Assembly (NCBI GenBank): GCA_964463155.1
Contig: CAYXAY010000025.1
Span: forward strand, 1 to 10,398
Direction: 5' to 3'
Source of the DNA: an uncultured archaeon
GTDB lineage: Archaea > Iainarchaeota > Iainarchaeia > Iainarchaeales > CSSED10-239
DNA length: 10,398 nt
Shown here: piece by piece, positions 6,765 through 10,398 of the stretch
How the letters are laid out: each line of letters starts with the position of its first letter
Position numbering within the stretch: the first letter of the stretch is position 1
The notes under the pieces: model-generated
Databases searched by the model: none
The model's input: the letters and a program-made list of their open reading frames with translations, nothing else
Told to the model about the DNA's origin: nothing
Translations under genes and position numbers: made by a program

Positions 6765-8003
6765 ATGGATACAAACGCAATTAAGGAAGTTTTAAAATTT
6801 AGTGATAATAATCTTGATGACTTTACAGAGTCTCAAAGGTTTTTATTTTCTGAGATTGAAAGCAAAATATCTCATTTTTCAAAAAAACGTGGACTTAATA
6901 TTATATTAATAACTGGACTTAGAGGAACAGGTAAAACCACAATCTTGAAGACAATTGCTAAGAAACATAACGGTCTATATATCAGTGGAGATTTTCTAAA
7001 GACTAAGCAAATAGATATTCCAGACTTAACTGAAATTTCTAAAGCTTATGATAAAAAGATAATAATTATTGATGAGATACTTTATCTTTCAGATTGGCAA
7101 TTAAAGTTAAAGATTGAAGCAGACACTAATCAGAATATTCTTTATATCATTTCTGGTTCTTCAGCAATGCAGTTAAAGAAGATTTCTCCGGATTTATCTA
7201 GGAGATTAGATACTTATAGGCTTAATCCATTATCTTTTAGGGAATATCTAGTTTTAAAGAATAATCTTAAATTAGAGCAGAAAGTTGATTTTTCTAGTTT
7301 TTCAAATAAGGATCAAGAAAAGTTATTTTTAGAGTTATCTTCAATCAAGCAGAAACTACCAAAAAACATATATTCTTTGTTTAAAGAATATTATGAAGAT
7401 CAGTTACCTTATCTTCTAGAGGAAAAGAACAAAAGAGACAAGATAAGGCAGTTAGTTGATAAAGTCATATATAAAGACATGCCGCAGATTGATAATCTAT
7501 ATACTGAGCAATTAAGAAATGCAGAAATCATTATTATGTTTTTAAGTTCTGCAGAAAAGATAAACTATACAAGTATTTCTACAAATCTAGGTATTAAAAA
7601 AGACATGGTGATTAAGATTATTAATCTTTTAGAAAAATCTGATTTATTATATATAGTTCAAGACGTTATTCCGACTAGAGAACTTAGAAGTAACAAGAAA
7701 GTTCTATTTTCTTCTCCCGGAATAAGGATAGCACTAAACGAGATAAATGAAGAAATGGTTATTGGTTTTTCAAGAGAAGACATGTTTGGTTTAATTATTA
7801 AATCTGCTGGTTTAAAAATAGCATATAACTACAAGCAAAAAGGTTATGATTATTTAGTTAACAAAGTAAAATTTGAGATAGGCAAGAACAAGACCAAGAA
7901 CAGTACAAGCAAAGGCACCATTGTCGTAGGCGACTACTTAGATGTAGAATACAAAAAGCAAGTACTTTATGTTCCAATGTTTCTTTTAGCTTTAATTAAT
8001 TAA
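6765..8003 (+). CDS. AAA+ ATPase of the AAA_14 + DUF4143 (COG1373-like) family with a C-terminal PD-(D/E)xK-like motif
   Basis: Walker A is ITGLRGTGKTT (6915-6941) and Walker B is IIIIDEI (7059-7079). The DUF4143-like/wHTH segment is VIYKDMPQIDNLYTEQLRNAEIIIMFLSSAEKINYTSISTNLGIKKDMVIKIINLLEKSDLLYIV (~7458-7680). The C-terminal GYDYLVNKVKFEIGK (7842-7886) corresponds to the family's 'EvDFv....iEvK' region. Confidence 0.88.
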   Translation: MDTNAIKEVLKFSDNNLDDFTESQRFLFSEIESKISHFSKKRGLNIILITGLRGTGKTTILKTIAKKHNGLYISGDFLKTKQIDIPDLTEISKAYDKKIIIIDEILYLSDWQLKLKIEADTNQNILYIISGSSAMQLKKISPDLSRRLDTYRLNPLSFREYLVLKNNLKLEQKVDFSSFSNKDQEKLFLELSSIKQKLPKNIYSLFKEYYEDQLPYLLEEKNKRDKIRQLVDKVIYKDMPQIDNLYTEQLRNAEIIIMFLSSAEKINYTSISTNLGIKKDMVIKIINLLEKSDLLYIVQDVIPTRELRSNKKVLFSSPGIRIALNEINEEMVIGFSREDMFGLIIKSAGLKIAYNYKQKGYDYLVNKVKFEIGKNKTKNSTSKGTIVVGDYLDVEYKKQVLYVPMFLLALIN

Positions 8004-8018
8004 TTTAGGGGTAATGCA

Positions 8019-8267
8019 ATGTTTGATATTGAACATATTGAAGAGCTAGGTTGGTCAGTAAATAATCACCCTACAAGTAAATTAATTGTAACAAATCGGA
8101 GAAAGGTATCGTTAAAAAAACACAATTTTACTATATTATTTAATAAAAGTAATTGCTGTGTTCCATTCTATATGAAATCTAAAAATGGGGATGCATTTGG
8201 ATTAACAAGCGGGGCAGGATCGTCCGTAATTAGATTCGATAATAATTTTAGAAATTCGGGCCGATAG
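8019..8267 (+). CDS. Hypothetical 82-aa protein, no recognisable family
   Basis: The ATG at 8019 is preceded by an SD-like aggggt with 6-nt spacing. Stop TAG at 8265-8267. I recognise no motifs. Confidence 0.45.
   Translation: MFDIEHIEELGWSVNNHPTSKLIVTNRRKVSLKKHNFTILFNKSNCCVPFYMKSKNGDAFGLTSGAGSSVIRFDNNFRNSGR
8031..8049 (+). repeat. Direct repeat copy 2: GAACATATTGAAGAGCTAG
   Basis: Exact 19/19 identity with 6595-6613. It begins at codon 5 of the 8019 ORF, the same phase and offset as copy 1 in the 6583 ORF. Confidence 0.9.
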
Positions 8268-8359
8268 CAGATAAAGATGGTCAAATGCTTTTAGATTCTG
8301 TAATTGAAAAAAGGTTTAATTTTTAAATTTTATGGCATCACATAATATTTGGTGTAAAT

Positions 8360-10398
8360 ATGAATAAACTAGTTTCTTTTAAAGTAATAAATAAATCTGT
8401 AGCTAGAAAAATTTGTATTTTTTTAATAATTAGTTTTATGTTATTTTCTACAACATATATGTTTGCGAGGACAACTTTTATTCCCCAGAATTTTGATTTT
8501 AAAAAAGATATTGATATTTCAAATGCCTATATTAATTATGAATCAGAAGTTCTTAATAATATGCTTGAAGAACGCAAATATGATTTTTTTAAATTAAACA
8601 CGAATAGAGATTATGTTGATGGAGAAATATTAGTAAAATATAAGAAAAGCCAAATAGATTTAGATACTTCTTCGGGAAGAACAGATGCCAAAAGTTTTAG
8701 TATTAATAATTTATTGACAAAAGTTGAATATTTAAGAAAAGACAATATATCTATATTAAGAATAAATGATAATAAAAGTGTTGAAGAAAAAATAGAAGAA
8801 CTTGAAAATGACCCAAATGTAGAATATGCACAACCAAACTATATTTATTATCCGTTTGGTATAGACACAAATGACATTAATAAAAATGTTTTATGGGGAT
8901 TACATAATTTTGGACAAAATGTAAATGGAGTTTCTGGAACAAATGATGCAGATATTGATACTCCCGAAGCTTGGGGAATATCTGTTGGTTCTTCTAGTGT
9001 TATTGTCGCAGTTATAGACACCGGTGTTGCATATAATCATCCAGATTTAATTGGTAATATGTGGGATGGGGCAACTTGTAAAGATGAGAATGATAAAATA
9101 TTAAATAATTGTGTTCATGGTTATGATTATTCAGATAATGACAAAACACCATTACCAACACTAAGTGATCATGGGACTCATGTTGCTGGAACTATTGCTG
9201 CTTCTAAAAATAATGGTACTGGAATAATTGGCGTTGCACCAAATGCAAAGATAATGGCAATAAGAGCAGGAATAGATAGCTTTACTACTGCAAATTTAAT
9301 TAAATCAATAAACTTTGCAAGAAGAAATGGTGCACACATAATAAACGCAAGTTGGGGTGGCACAGCATCTGATACGACATTACGAAATGCAATTAATTCT
9401 TTTCCAGGATTATTTATTGCGGCTGCAGGTAATAGTGGAAGAGATCACAATAATACAGCAATTTATCCTTGTGATTATAATTCTACAAATATAATTTGTG
9501 TTGCTGCAACAGACCAAAACGATAACTTAGCTTTATTTTCTGATTATGGTACAATATCTGTAGATGTTGGAGCACCAGGAACAAACATTTATAGTACAAT
9601 TAATGGTTTTCTTAATGATGCTTTAGATGAAAACTTTGAAAGTGTAACTGCGCCACAGATCCCTAATAATTGGGAAGCTGCAGGAACTCATGTGAATTGG
9701 GGCACTGTTGATATTAACGGAAATTACGAAAATGTGTTATATGGCGACCAGGTAGTTCCTTATGCAAATAATGCAAATTCAACAATTACTTCTCCAACTG
9801 TTGATTTAAGTAATATTGGTGGGGCAACAATAACTTTCGTGACCGTTTGCGATACAGAATTAGATTTTACATATTGGAAAGATTATATGGCATTAGAATT
9901 TAGTAGTAACGGTAGTACATTCACTGAAATATTAAGATGGGACGAAGCATATTTTTCCCCAGGGAATGTTGTACCAATAATTAAAGAAGATATTTCTACA
10001 AAATATTTAACAAGTAATTTCAGATTTAGATATAGATGGGTTACGAATAGTTCAGATAATAATTATGGTGGTTGTTTTGTAGATAATATTTTGATAAAAA
10101 CTTACAGTAATGGCTTTGATGATGAATACGCTTATTATGACGGAACATCCATGGCAGCACCACATGTTACAGGATTAGCTGCATTAATACGGGGATACAA
10201 ATCTGATCTAAATTATTCACAAGTTAAGGATTTGATTTTAAATAACGGAGATTCATTAAATTCATTAAATAATAAAACAGTAACGGGTAAAAGAATAAAT
10301 GCACAAAAAACTCTTGAAGCAATGAATGTATATAAACCAACAATAGTAAATGTGTCTTCAACTAAACCGAATGGCAGATATAAAGCAGGAACCGATAT
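8360..10398 (+). CDS. Secreted subtilisin-like serine protease (peptidase S8) pre-pro-enzyme with a large inserted beta-sandwich-like domain; 3' end lies outside the window
   Basis: This ORF is absent from the ORF track because it has no stop in the window. I translated it codon by codon from ATG 8360 to 10398 (679 codons) and found no stop. The signal/anchor is KICIFLIISFMLFSTTYMFA (to ~8467). The I9-like propeptide is GEILVKYKK...NDPNVEYAQPNYIY (~8618-8851). Catalytic residues are Asp in VAVIDTGV (gac 9017-9019), His in SDHGTHVAGTIAA (cat 9170-9172), oxyanion Asn in AAAGNSG (aat 9431-9433) and Ser in GTSMAAPHVTGLAAL (tcc 10148-10150). An SD-like ggtg lies 5 nt upstream of the ATG. Confidence 0.93.
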   Translation, partial: MNKLVSFKVINKSVARKICIFLIISFMLFSTTYMFARTTFIPQNFDFKKDIDISNAYINYESEVLNNMLEERKYDFFKLNTNRDYVDGEILVKYKKSQIDLDTSSGRTDAKSFSINNLLTKVEYLRKDNISILRINDNKSVEEKIEELENDPNVEYAQPNYIYYPFGIDTNDINKNVLWGLHNFGQNVNGVSGTNDADIDTPEAWGISVGSSSVIVAVIDTGVAYNHPDLIGNMWDGATCKDENDKILNNCVHGYDYSDNDKTPLPTLSDHGTHVAGTIAASKNNGTGIIGVAPNAKIMAIRAGIDSFTTANLIKSINFARRNGAHIINASWGGTASDTTLRNAINSFPGLFIAAAGNSGRDHNNTAIYPCDYNSTNIICVAATDQNDNLALFSDYGTISVDVGAPGTNIYSTINGFLNDALDENFESVTAPQIPNNWEAAGTHVNWGTVDINGNYENVLYGDQVVPYANNANSTITSPTVDLSNIGGATITFVTVCDTELDFTYWKDYMALEFSSNGSTFTEILRWDEAYFSPGNVVPIIKEDISTKYLTSNFRFRYRWVTNSSDNNYGGCFVDNILIKTYSNGFDDEYAYYDGTSMAAPHVTGLAALIRGYKSDLNYSQVKDLILNNGDSLNSLNNKTVTGKRINAQKTLEAMNVYKPTIVNVSSTKPNGRYKAGTD

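Noticed and set aside
8208-8266. Locally GC-richer patch (gcggggcaggatcgtccgtaattagattcgataat...ttcgggccgatag), checked as a possible tRNA or tRNA fragment on both strands
   Set aside because: A 7-nt acceptor-like start and a tcgaatc T-loop-like string on the minus strand exist. However, no consistent cloverleaf can be drawn, because the anticodon stem and acceptor 3' strand do not pair. The region lies within the 82-aa ORF.
8252-8326. Frame-2 continuation KFGPIADKDGQMLLDSVIEKRFNF overlapping the end of the 82-aa ORF, suggesting a frameshifted ~100-aa gene
   Set aside because: Only 24 codons are open, which is expected fairly often by chance even in this composition. There is no slippery motif and no recognisable protein family. 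It would need comparative data, so it is not reported as a finding.
9178-9363. Minus-strand ORF 9178..9363 (61 aa), the only track entry in the last 2 kb
   Set aside because: It lies antisense to the His-motif region of the S8 protease frame, which is open and motif-complete across the whole region. It is a shadow ORF.
1-10398. Scan for CRISPR arrays, rRNA, IS elements/transposases, integrases and alternative genetic code
   Set aside because: No regularly spaced repeats, no GC-rich structured RNA-like blocks and no recombinase-like ORFs were seen. Genes terminate with TAA, TAG and TGA, and TGA does not interrupt any conserved domain, so the standard code fits.

Overview
Visibly AT-rich window, almost all coding on the + strand. 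Short gaps, TATA-like boxes about 25 nt upstream of start codons and a membrane-tethered wHTH protein suggest a small-genome archaeon (DPANN-like), but this is inference only. Order of features: (1) 3' end of a 2-oxoacid dehydrogenase E1-beta gene that runs off the left edge. (2) An apparently empty 365-bp gap that reads as a frameshifted, internally deleted relic of a class I SAM methyltransferase. (3) A tight three-gene copper module: a two-TM wHTH regulator with a Cys/His/Cys/Met loop, a 3-TM protein with a C-terminal HMA-like domain carrying CSGH instead of CxxC, and a canonical P1B-type Cu ATPase (CopA). A perfect 14-bp palindrome sits on the module's internal promoter. (4) A DUF362-type protein with two 4Fe-4S ferredoxin motifs. 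(5) A Lys-rich orphan with class I methyltransferase-like motifs. (6) A doubtful 89-codon minus-strand ORF with only a TTG start. (7) An AAA+ ATPase of the AAA_14/DUF4143 (COG1373-like) type, with its own TATA box and an 18-bp perfect palindrome. It is bracketed by an exact 19-bp direct repeat that falls in frame at codon 5 of two small ORFs, which looks like an insertion cassette. (8) An 82-aa orphan ORF. (9) A secreted S8 subtilase pre-pro-enzyme of more than 679 codons that the ORF track omits because it runs off the right edge. It carries a roughly 170-aa insert just before the catalytic Ser. I found no rRNA, tRNA, CRISPR array, transposase or integrase. The best candidates for something undescribed are the copper module with its outward-facing sensor and acceptor motifs, and the repeat-bracketed ATPase cassette. 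All family names come from motif recognition by eye and need HMM or structure searches.
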